From NCBI GenBank assembly GCA_022605425.2, contig JAKIMF020000001.1, forward strand, positions 1,674,001 to 1,738,000: a stretch of 64,000 bases of DNA. The letters run 5' to 3'. Numbering within the stretch: position 1 is the first letter of the stretch; each line of letters starts with the position of its first letter. Below, one piece after another: positions 36,227 through 46,288 of the stretch. Source of the stretch: Hamiltosporidium tvaerminnensis FI-OER-3-3. Taxonomy: Eukaryota > Fungi > Microsporidia. A model generated the notes under the pieces. The model searched no databases. It saw only the letters and a list, made by a program, of their open reading frames with translations, and was not told the origin of the DNA. The position numbers and the translations under genes are program-made.

Positions 36227-36706
36227 ATGAAATTTGTCAACGAAAACGAAGCACAAGCTGCTCTAGGATTACTCAAAATGGTTCAATGCGACGAAATTGA
36301 AAAGGAGGGAACAGCAAGATCAAAGGGTAAATTCGAATTGGAGATTTTAAGTGAGTATTTTAATATAACTGCATATCCATCATACGAGACACGATATGAT
36401 ATTGCAATATTGTTAAATATTTCACCAAAATCAGTACAGATTTGGTTCCAGAACACAAGGCAAGCATTACGGGAGTTAATAAATGAAGGAAATAGTCAAA
36501 GAATAAAGTTTGGATCGAGCAATATTTCCATGACTAATTATAAAGCATGTATTTATAATATTTTATCTCATATACGAAGATATAATCGTTACAGTGAAAT
36601 ACAATATTCGGGATATTCGTACGATATTTCGGCAAATAAACTTATTCGGATTTTTATTCAACGAAAGGCAAAAGAGAAAAATCACAATTATGTAAATTTT
36701 TATTGA
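36227..36706 (+). CDS. Homeodomain transcription factor (microsporidian HD type)
   Basis: L..YF....YPS...R..IA..L......VQIWFQNTRQ; N-terminal EAQAALGLL motif. Confidence 0.9.
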   Translation: MKFVNENEAQAALGLLKMVQCDEIEKEGTARSKGKFELEILSEYFNITAYPSYETRYDIAILLNISPKSVQIWFQNTRQALRELINEGNSQRIKFGSSNISMTNYKACIYNILSHIRRYNRYSEIQYSGYSYDISANKLIRIFIQRKAKEKNHNYVNFY

Positions 36707-36847
36707 AAGATTAGTATTCTGTTGTTTTGTCAATTTTTTATCTAAGAATCGAATAAGGAAATCAAAAAAACTATTAAAGTTTGAATTTTCAAAAATCATC
36801 TTTTTAATTTTAGTTAATAATACTTATTTGGTTCTATTATTCTCAAC

Positions 36848-37000
36848 TCTTATTTCACAAAGAGGAACTACTTTAGAGGAACCAACCAATAACATAAATG
36901 AAGAGTCGGATTTGGAAGAAGAGACAAAAGTGGTTAAAGAGGTAGAAGAAAACATATAAAAAATGGTAAAAATATTTTAACCCAAAATTTTATTAAATAA
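36848..37000 (+). mobile_element. Extremely 5'-truncated (~150 bp) R4/Dong-like LINE insertion
   Basis: Near-identical to 59110-59260; 16-bp TSD TGGTTCTATTATTCTC (36829-36844, 37001-37016). Confidence 0.9.
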
Positions 37001-38525
37001 TGGTTCTATTATTCTCCAACTGAATAGAAGAATAAAATTAATTAGTACCTTTGCTAATCTGTTTTATATAGCATATTTTTAAAAAAACCGATATAAATTT
37101 CGGTATAAAATTCAGTTAGAAAAAGCTAATAATCACAACTGTTGAATAAAGAATAAATATATCTCCTATCCAAAAATTTTTAAATAAACTAAAAAAATAT
37201 ACGGTATATTTAATAAATACAAATTAATATGATTATAGAAATATACTTTCTAAATATCTAGAATATATTTAGGTTTTGATTCGTCACATAAAGCTGAGAT
37301 GATTTCATGTTCCAGATTTTTTGAAATTTGGTATACAAAAGATAATTAGATAGGCTATATAGTTCTTTTTTGGCCATAAGCATTTCTTAAAAAGTGTATA
37401 AAACAATTATGTGTATTTATTTGAATGTTCCAGGTGTTTTTCCTCAACACCGAGCGTTATAAGAAGGCTGGAATATATAAACAAATAAGTTATTACAAAG
37501 AAAACTCTCAATATAATGAACAATAAATCGAAATAAAATTTAAATTTAAATTGAAGTAATTTTAGGTAATAGGAATGTGGAAATTTTATCAAAAGGTTAG
37601 AAATAAATTTGAATTACTTGGCACATTTATTGAAAAAATTAACTACTTCAGAATGTAAAAGTTTAATTTTATCAACCGCGGATGCTAATATACATGTTTT
37701 TCTGTAAAATCTAAAATTTGAAAAAATAATTTTTTTTATATTCCAAATATAAAGTGTATTATTTCATAAAATTCATGAGTTATGTGTTTTTTTAATTTAA
37801 GTAGCAAAATAGATTTCCATATGATTTTTTCAAAAATTAGAAAATTTAATTTCTTAAATTAAAAATTGTATAAAATATTTCCAAATATTTGATTTTTTTA
37901 AATATCAAAAATTTTTATTTAAAAAAATTCGATTTAAATTGTTTAAGAACAATGGTCATTAAATTTTTAGTTGAAAAAAGGTTGAACGGAATTTTTTAAA
38001 AAAATAAACGAATTTTAACCGATAAAAAGTCATGTATTTTCAATCCATTTCTTTAAAAATAGAATCAATTAATTTTCTATTATTAGGATTCTGTTGTTAA
38101 TATTTAAAAGGGATATAAAATCAACTTTATAATTTCCATTTTAAAAAATGTTAACTATCTCAATATTTTAATAAATTATCTGATCATTTAATTAGTCGAA
38201 ATTTCTATATTCCAAGATAATATCTACAGTTATGCACATTGATATAATCAAAAGAATTCTAAAAAATTTTATTCTTGTTATTTTTTTTCCTATTAAAATA
38301 CTTTTTTCTCTTAGTTTTTACAATTTTTTAATTTAAAAAATTTCTTTTTTTGATTTTTCTTTGATAAGATAAATATATATTCTTTGATTGAGACTGTCTA
38401 ATATCTATTTATGGTATATTTGAGTTCAAATTGAAATTGAAATAAAACTATTCTATAAAAATAGATAAAAAAATAATTAGTCATGTAAAGCTAAAGAACA
38501 AAATTCAATTCAATTATTAAGTTTA

Positions 38526-38690
38526 CATTATGCGGTACAAATAGTTGTGTTATAAAGTATATAGTAAATAACAAAGTGGATTCAAAGCCAAAGTTCCATT
38601 ATTCGGTACAAATAATCGTGTTATAAGGTATAAGATATAGAAAAAAAGTCAATTCGAATCAAAAGTTTAGATTATTCTGTATAAATAGAG
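38526..38690. repeat. Degenerate ~72-bp tandem repeat (2-3 copies)
   Basis: ATTAT.C.GTA.AAATA anchor at about 38527, 38598 and 38671. Confidence 0.7.
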
Positions 38691-39121
38691 TTACTTTCTA
38701 AATAAATGACTGAAATTTCTATAAAAAAATTCTTAAATAGAACTATCAGTAACAATTTCATGATTTAGAATGAACGATTCTCGTAATGCTTCTGAAACAC
38801 ATATATGATTCTTTATATGTGTAAGTATATTCTATAGGTAGCTTGTATTCATTTGAATGTGTCAATATTTATAAATATCATGTTTTATACCTTGAAAAAT
38901 GTAAATCACAAAGTAATCATTTTAATTCGAATGATGTAAGAATTTTAAATTATACTTTAAATCTTTTTTAGATTTTATTTCCGTTTTTGAGTTTGATATT
39001 AGAGTGTTAAATTATAAACGTTAAAGTAAAATTTTTGATGAATAAATGCTAACAAACACAGCCTTATATTCAGAATAGAAATATAAATATAAAAAATTGA
39101 TTTGAATAGGTATAAATACTA

Positions 39122-39272
39122 TCATTTAAAATTTAAGGCGGCACTTTTTATAATTTTAATTTCTGATGTATAAATCCGATGAAAAACTATAGATACTGTC
39201 ATTTAAAATTTAAGAAAGAACTATTTATAAGTTTAATATCTGATATATAAATTCGATGAAAAACTATAAATA
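39122..39272. repeat. 77-bp tandem duplication
   Basis: TCATTTAAAATTTAAG...CGATGAAAAACTATA at 39122 and 39199. Confidence 0.8.
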
Positions 39273-40142
39273 TTTTTGTATAAATTATATAAAATAACAA
39301 ATTATAATTCTTGTGCTTAGCAGGAGTTGGAAATGTTTAATATATTATTAAGAGTATATTTGAATATATCAAAATGATATTTGTTGGAGTATAGAAACGC
39401 GATTTATTGTTTATATATTAATCTTTTGTATTTTATCGATCAAATTGTTTTTGGTTTTGTGATTCACAAAAGAAAAAAAAATATTTAAGATTAACAAATA
39501 TATAATTTTCGAAAGAATAAACACAATGTAAAGATTGAAAAAATAAAAGATTCAATATTATTGTATCCAATATATCAATTGAAAACACAAATTCTATCAA
39601 AAAAGATTATATTTGTTTTTTATTTTTTTAAAGTTGGAATTAAAAATATTTTAAATTTTTTATCAAAATAAAAGCACTATTAGGGAAATATATACAAACA
39701 TGTTTAGTATTTCCTATAGGTTTCTTGCAACTATATTTTAAAAAAAAATTATTTTATTACAAATTTCAATATCTCATTAAAGTTGACTAAGAATACTTAG
39801 TATGAAATAAATAAAACGAGTTAGACTCTATTTGCAAAGTCTAGGAAGCTTAAATATATATAAAAAGTTTTTTTAAAGAAACCTATTTTACCTAGTTTAT
39901 AAAATTTTTTAGAGAAATAATTTTGGTTTATTTTAATTCCAAGATCAAATTTTATAGGAAAAGTTAGGTAGAAAAAAATATTCTGAATTCTAATAACCGT
40001 TCCTGAAAGTAATTTTTTAATTTAAAAAAATGCAAGCCTTAAATCATAAACCAGAGGAATATTATATGTTAAAAATATATCCTTGTTTATTGTCACATTT
40101 TTTTGCAAAATATTTTTATAATTTTCTTGTTCAATATAAAAC

Positions 40143-40868
40143 TTTATTTAAAAGTATCACATCTGTTTTAAAATAGTGGCAAGTGCTATATTTTTTTCAT
40201 AACATTAACGCAGTTCTAGGTTTAACATAAATGACTGCTACCCAACACCCCATCGGTAACCCCTGCGATACTTACGTCCCAAAGCCTTTCATCTACCAGG
40301 TGTGTAGAACCTAATTAATAGGCGAGGCAGTTGCCCGGAGTTCGTTAATGTCCGTTGCATGGAGTGTGATCGAAGTCCGAAGCCCCCCTGGGCTCCCCCA
40401 AGACTATGCAGCATTCCCACTTACTCTACACTTTCTGAACCCAATAAACTTCTAGCTAAGATATATTTCAGAGACTTACATGGGGTCCACCTAGACAGTG
40501 CAATGTCATACCAACAGGTATAACCTGCTACTTAACTCTCCCGGCTTTTAATGGTTTGAATTTTTATATCTCCCAGACGCTAAGTCTTCTGACCCGAGTG
40601 AGCAAGGTTAGGTTTCCACGTTTTTACATGGCAATTACTTACAATTTCAGCTGCGGTCTGCAATCTGGTTACGTAAAAAACTACAAATAAATTTGTTGAA
40701 AAAGTTTCTCCTTTTCTTAGACCTCTTCCCTTCATAACAACTCCCATGGAACAACCGAAGATGTAATGTGGTTGTATTCCCACGAAAAATTCAAACAATG
40801 ATCCTCACACCAGTTTCACACACTCATTCCAAGCAGAAAGTTTTTTATGTAGTTAACCCTCCTCCCCC
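40143..40868 (-). mobile_element. Family A ~725-bp structured retroposon, copy 3
   Basis: Full-length similarity to copies 1 and 2; possible imperfect TSD AAT(A/C)TAAAAC at 40133 and 40876. Confidence 0.9.
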
Positions 40869-41089
40869 TTATACAAATCTAAAACTATCAGTTGTATGAA
40901 TTATTTTAGAGCGGAGCGTATTATGCTATAATCTTGCATATCCCGCGAAACCCGAGAAAATTTACTTTCTGAAATACTACGTTAAATATCATGGCAAATA
41001 TTCTTCTTATTCGAATATTTTTTTATGAATTTAACTTAATTTAATCAGAATATAAATTGGTTTCCTAAAAGAAAAATGCTTTCTATCTT

Positions 41090-41360
41090 ACTGCACAACA
41101 TAGTATGAATTTTTTTTTTGAAGAAAATTGAATTGAGGTACTCGGATGCTCGACTCAATCACCTGATCTAAATTTCATTGATAATATATGTTTTTTAATA
41201 AAAAATATATCATCAATGAATTCATATTTACTTTAGCGGATAAGTTTATTCAAGATTAACATCTCATCATAATGTCAAAAATCTTATTAATGATATTTTT
41301 AAATAAATTAAAGATTATCTTGGGCCTGAAAGAGTAAATACCCTATATTTACCGAAACTA
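41090..41360 (+). mobile_element. Highly degraded Tc1-like transposase fragment
   Basis: QSPDLN.I.NI motif at about 41156-41190. Confidence 0.4.
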
Positions 41361-41400
41361 TACTCTTTTTTCACAATTGTTGTTAATTTTTTGAGAAAAG

Positions 41401-42110
41401 TTTATTTAATACAAAAGTAATTATAGTGAAAAAATGTTGGATTAAAAACATGTTCACACATATTTAAATCTTCTTCAAACTTCTTAACCATCATCTTTTT
41501 TTTCTATATTCACTCTTCTTTTATATATATCTTGGTTCCTCTGGTTGGGTTCCTCCATTCGAAATTGCAAGTGTATTATTTCTTGTTTTAAAATATTTAT
41601 TATCCTTTTCCTCCCTATTCGCTTGTTTTAAAGGGTGTTTTGATTCCTCATGCATATCTGCTCTCATAATAACATCCATCGAACCTCTTTCCCAGCTCTC
41701 TCGGCATTTGGTTCTGACTAAGTCCTCTTCGTTGATCAAAGGAAATTGTTTCGACTGTTTTCTTAAGTACTATAGACTGAATGTATGTCTCTAGATTCAT
41801 GGATATTTCTAGCCTTTTAAAGTGTGACTTGTAGTATTTTGTCACAATACCGTCCTAGGTCATCACATAAGGGATTATCTCAACACTCAACATATAAATA
41901 AGACCTAACTCATTGGCTAACAGTTCATAATTCCTAAGTTTTTGAGTTTCAACTATTTGAAGTGAATTTTGGGAAGTGATTCCTAGTTCAATAGGTGTTA
42001 TATTATTATTCTAATCTACAATAAATATAACGGGCCTATTACGCCGAATCTTGACATCAGTTTTTATCCTGGAGTCCACTCTTATCTTTGCATACTCATT
42101 TGAGAATTTC
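41401..42110 (-). mobile_element. Degenerate 3' fragment of the R4/Dong-like LINE
   Basis: TKYYKSHFKRLEI.MN.E.YIQSIVLKKTVETISFD and ESWER.SM.VIMR homologous to 58365-59219; ends ATTAAATAAA. Confidence 0.85.
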
Positions 42111-42163
42111 TTAAAGATGTAACTTTAATTGCTTAAGGTTGACACTATATAATAAGGGTTGAT

Positions 42164-42410
42164 AGATGTATTCATTGAACAATTACTATGGCATCTAGTA
42201 AGATCATACTTAATATTTTTTACATCTAGATACCAATTGCTATATTGAATTAGTAAATACAATAAATTTGCCATTTTTTACGAACCGAAATAGATTACTA
42301 CTTTGGATTTGACAGAAACCGACTTGAATACGGAATTTGATATTTTTCTCACTAGCGATGTTTAATTTAGCTACTTTAAACAAGCTTCTATTTTTAATTT
42401 ACTAACTTTA
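42164..42410 (-). ncRNA. Candidate ~250-nt structured ncRNA with H/ACA-like boxes, identity unknown
   Basis: Starts just after a CCC motif (42412-42414) with no ATG. 11-bp, 7-bp, 7-bp and 10-bp helices; the wobble pairs form only on the minus strand. ANANNA box between the two domains and an ACA-NNN end. Confidence 0.5.
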
Positions 42411-42578
42411 AGGGTAATTTTATTTTGTTACTCGAACAAGAAGTACTTAAATGCAATAAAAAAAATATAAAATTGCTTTGATATTTTTATTGAAACCATT
42501 TTTCATAAATTTTCTTCATTATTTCTTAACGTTTCTTCTTCTTAACAAAATATCTCACTTTTAGATAAGTGAGTATTT

Positions 42579-42764
42579 CTACTTATAATTGTTTAATTTA
42601 AAATACCAATTTTTATATGATTCACTGAGATCAACTAAAGTTACATTTTGCTCAACAATTTCTTCTATGTTATAATTTATCGAAGACAAAAGTTGATTGG
42701 TTGTTTTAATTGTTTCTTCCACTCTTTTTACCAACCTATCGCGTTTTTCATTTAACAAATTCAT
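42579..42764 (-). CDS. DASH/Dam1 complex small subunit (Dad4- or Dad1-like), 61 aa
   Basis: True ATG at 42764 after CCCCT. LVKRV..TIK..NQ.L..IN..I..I...N..L........NW aligns without gaps to the yeast Dad4 R/N/N/N pattern (from memory). Confidence 0.55.
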   Translation of the reverse strand: MNLLNEKRDRLVKRVEETIKTTNQLLSSINYNIEEIVEQNVTLVDLSESYKNWYFKLNNYK

Positions 42765-43199
42765 AGGGGAAGTAAAAATTATTTTTTTTACAGGATTTAT
42801 TTTAATGAGGTAAAATAAAATAAGCAATTACAATAATAGCCAACCATGCTTAGTATAAATTTTATGTTTAATAGCTATTCCAGTATCAAAAAAAGTAAAA
42901 TTTTTAAATTTAAATGTTTTTTTATGATTAAATGCATAAGGTTGTTTATAAGTCAAAATAATTCCTTGAACATAATGATTTATATTTTGAAATAATAACT
43001 ACCATTTTTATAAAAAAAGGTCGATTTACAGACAAGGCTCATTAAAAAATTAAACAAAAAAAATATTTTATAAAAAAGTTTTGCTTTAATATATATTTCG
43101 TGAATAAAAAGATTTGGAAAGAGAGGTTAAAATACTTTACAAAGAAAATTTTAATTTTAAAATATAATAAGAAAAAAAATCAAATAAAAACTAAACATT

Positions 43200-45920
43200 T
43201 TAATTTGGATTTAGAACGATTTCCAAAGCCAACATTTCCTGTTTCTTTTCTTCATAAAACTTTTCGGACAGTTCCACCATGTTTTCCGCCATTTTCGTTA
43301 GAGAATGATCTGCACCATTATATTTCTTACAATTTTCTAGCATTAAATTTACATCGGAAATAAAAGATTGAAAGGTTAAATATTTATTTTGTCTGGCTTT
43401 ACTTTTAATAGTTCCTAGATCAATTGGATTTAGGACAAAATTTTTATAATCAGTAAATTTTTTGGTAGAAACTGGTCTATGAAAAGGTTCAGAAGAAGGG
43501 ATTGAAAACAAAATATTTAAGCATAATACAATCATTTCAGATAATGTGTTTTTGGCTCCTTTTATGGTAGATTCCTGTGATTTTTTTGATTCCTTTTTTG
43601 TTACTATGAAATTTGGACATGTTTTATTTGTCTTCATATGTCCTATTTGTCCACAACTGCCACATCGTAATCCTGTTCTTTTTTCTTCTGTTCTGACGCG
43701 TTTCTTTTCTTTTAAATAAGCTCTTATTAATCTAGAATCTGTTAAAATTTCATCTTTATAATTTATTTCATTATTAATTATATATTTTCTTCGAATAGTC
43801 AAAAAAGATGAAGATGTAGGAATATTATCGGAGGAAGCTATTGCATTATTTTTTGAAGAATTAAAATTTTGTGAATCGAAGGGAAATTCAATTTTTGGAC
43901 TTTTTTCATAATTTTTAGAAATATTATTTTGGACAGTTTGGTTAGAATTTCCAGGATGTTTATCAATGATGCTTTCTAATGTCGAGCTTAAAGATTCAAT
44001 CTGTTTATTCCATATTCTTTCAATGTCTTCTCTATATTCGAGTTGAATTTCTGACATCATTTTTTTGTTTTCTACGTCTGTTCCTTTCCTAAAATGATAT
44101 TTTAAAAAACTGAAACCTTCTCCAATTCCTGTTGGATCACCTGGACCAGAAATTTGTAGCATTCCTCTTCCGTTAGATGCATTAACAAAATTTCTACTTA
44201 AATTCCAGGGTGAAAGTGCAATTTCATCATCATCTTCCTCTTCTTCACTATTACCCTGAAATTCATATCCTGCATCTTTTAATCTCCGTTCCCCTGCTAG
44301 CATACTTTCATATTGACATACATTTTCTGGTGTCACTAAATTTCTTAAATCTTCTTCACTCAATAATGAAGAACCTGGTTTAAGAACCCATATATTGTCT
44401 TTGCCTTTTTTTATACAATTTGCATACTCTTTTAGCCATTTTCTTTTACTTCCTTCACTAAAATGTGGAAAAAGCTGATCTAAATCGCAAATTTTCATTT
44501 TCTTTTCCGGATTTTCTTTATTATAAAATATTCTATATGCTGCTACTTTCAATCGATTCTTACAAAACACATTGTGTTTTCTAGAATGCGGAGAAAACAC
44601 CTCTTCTAAAGGAAGTGTCTGCCCCACACAAAACAAATTAGTAATTTTCCTTACGTATCCTATATAATTCCTCGGTCCTTTTTCTTCTAAAATACAAATA
44701 AAATCGTTACTTTTATGTTTAAAAACTGGCGCTTTGAAGAGATTATTTGTTATAGCCATTAAGGAAGTTCCTGGTTTTACATCCCCAAATCCAAAAAATG
44801 GAGAAGGATCCTCCATGTCAAGAAATGTGATATGAGATGAATCGTGAGGTGTAAAATCATCTCTTGGCCCATTTTTTCTATAAAAAGTTGTGACTAAACT
44901 AACCATGCCAGCATTCATCATTAGAATTGGTATTTCTTCTGAATATTCGAAAAGGGCGAATTTTGTTTGATCTTTTAAAGTCAATTCAGTCGCTCTTTTA
45001 ATAATATTTGTGCCTTGAAATGAATCTTCAGAAATATTTGTTAAAGAAACCTTAAAACCTTTAGAAAGTGGAAAAGGCGGTCTATGAAAATTTCTAAGTT
45101 CGTCTTTCGCAAGAAAAGTTTTATAAAATCTAGGATTCAATTTCAAAGCAGGAACAGAATGCTGTACCCCTAAATGCCCCAAACTGTTTTTAGTAGTTGT
45201 TTCAACATTATAGTATTTATCATTTGAAATATTATATTTACTTTTTATTGGTTTGTCTGCAATAAAAACTTCTTTGGTTTTTTTCTTATTTTTTATTTTT
45301 ATTTTATCATCAATTTTTTCAAAAATCAAATTTGGATCTTCGATTCCCAATGTCAAATATTTTTTAAATGATGAAAGATCCTCAACATCATAAACTATTT
45401 GATCTTCCCATTTTTCTTCATCAAAAATATTATTGACATATTCTGTAATTAAAATGTCTTTGTTTTTTGTTTCTGTTCTTTCTTCTAAATCATATATTAT
45501 GTCTTTCTCCCATTCAACAATGTCAAACGAATGATTTACGTATATTTTTTGTTCTTTTTCTACATTTTTTTCTTTGTTTTTTTCAAGTTGTTTGCGTTTT
45601 AAATATCTCTTTAAAACTGAATTTTTTGTTGAGGTATACAAACAAGAAACTACAGGTGTGTCTGTTTTGGGAAAGGAAGTCGTATGTTTGAAACGAATGA
45701 GATCATCAACTTCGTAATTCATTAAATCAGCTGGAATCCTTCTATATTTATATTTTTTTAGTTTATATTGATATTTTCGTGGTGTAACAAGTAAATCAAT
45801 AAAATTACAATTACTGGGACCACTTTCATTAATAGATGGGTTTGCCTTTGGAATATAGGGTTCTTCTTCAGAAGAAGATGAAGAATTGTAATTTTGGTCC
45901 TCAAATGCATTGAAATTCAT
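43200..45920 (-). CDS. TAF1: TFIID subunit TAF1
   Basis: NISNDKYY, QHS.PAL, LRNFHRP, EYSEE.P..M.N.GM, VGQT.P..EV.SPHSRK, TPENVCQYESM, PWN.SRNF, GPGDPTG.GEGFSF, CGSCGQIGHMKTNK.CP knuckle, one bromodomain. Confidence 0.97.
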   Translation of the reverse strand: MNFNAFEDQNYNSSSSSEEEPYIPKANPSINESGPSNCNFIDLLVTPRKYQYKLKKYKYRRIPADLMNYEVDDLIRFKHTTSFPKTDTPVVSCLYTSTKNSVLKRYLKRKQLEKNKEKNVEKEQKIYVNHSFDIVEWEKDIIYDLEERTETKNKDILITEYVNNIFDEEKWEDQIVYDVEDLSSFKKYLTLGIEDPNLIFEKIDDKIKIKNKKKTKEVFIADKPIKSKYNISNDKYYNVETTTKNSLGHLGVQHSVPALKLNPRFYKTFLAKDELRNFHRPPFPLSKGFKVSLTNISEDSFQGTNIIKRATELTLKDQTKFALFEYSEEIPILMMNAGMVSLVTTFYRKNGPRDDFTPHDSSHITFLDMEDPSPFFGFGDVKPGTSLMAITNNLFKAPVFKHKSNDFICILEEKGPRNYIGYVRKITNLFCVGQTLPLEEVFSPHSRKHNVFCKNRLKVAAYRIFYNKENPEKKMKICDLDQLFPHFSEGSKRKWLKEYANCIKKGKDNIWVLKPGSSLLSEEDLRNLVTPENVCQYESMLAGERRLKDAGYEFQGNSEEEEDDDEIALSPWNLSRNFVNASNGRGMLQISGPGDPTGIGEGFSFLKYHFRKGTDVENKKMMSEIQLEYREDIERIWNKQIESLSSTLESIIDKHPGNSNQTVQNNISKNYEKSPKIEFPFDSQNFNSSKNNAIASSDNIPTSSSFLTIRRKYIINNEINYKDEILTDSRLIRAYLKEKKRVRTEEKRTGLRCGSCGQIGHMKTNKTCPNFIVTKKESKKSQESTIKGAKNTLSEMIVLCLNILFSIPSSEPFHRPVSTKKFTDYKNFVLNPIDLGTIKSKARQNKYLTFQSFISDVNLMLENCKKYNGADHSLTKMAENMVELSEKFYEEKKQEMLALEIVLNPN

Positions 45921-46288
45921 TCTTGGTAGGATTAAAAATATATTTAATTTAATACGTATTTATTAAGAAAAAGAATTTTCGATTATTTTAAAAATATAAA
46001 TGAAGATTCTAATATAAAGAAAATTCTAATAAAAATTGGGATTCTAATAAAAAGAATCAATGAAAAATGTAGTGAGATTTTTTATAGAAATAAGAATTTC
46101 AATGTAAAAATAATAAATTTTAAAAGAATAAACAAATTAAATGAAAAGGTAATTTTGAAGATATTTTTTATTCACTAAATATATTTCGTTCAACATTCTT
46201 ATTTTGTTTTCTTTAAAAAAATATTGTCACAAAATACTATGGGATATACCTTAAGAGGTCTTTTTACCTGTAAGAATAGAAAGATATA

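Noticed and set aside
40457-40480. Group I intron-like S (AAGATATA) and R (TCAGAGACT) words
   Set aside because: Wrong order, adjacent, no P7 pairing, and on the strand opposite to the inferred transcript.
42285-42325. U2-like GTAGTA(A)TCT segment, and a telomerase-RNA interpretation of the candidate ncRNA
   Set aside because: Lacks the invariant GCUAAGAUCAAGUGUAGUA of U2 and has no template for TTAGG/TTAGGG; kept only as an unidentified RNA.
42554-42573. Hairpin CTCACTT/AAGTGAG just after the Dad-like UAG stop (possible readthrough signal)
   Set aside because: Readthrough would add only about 6 residues before a TAA; no further support.
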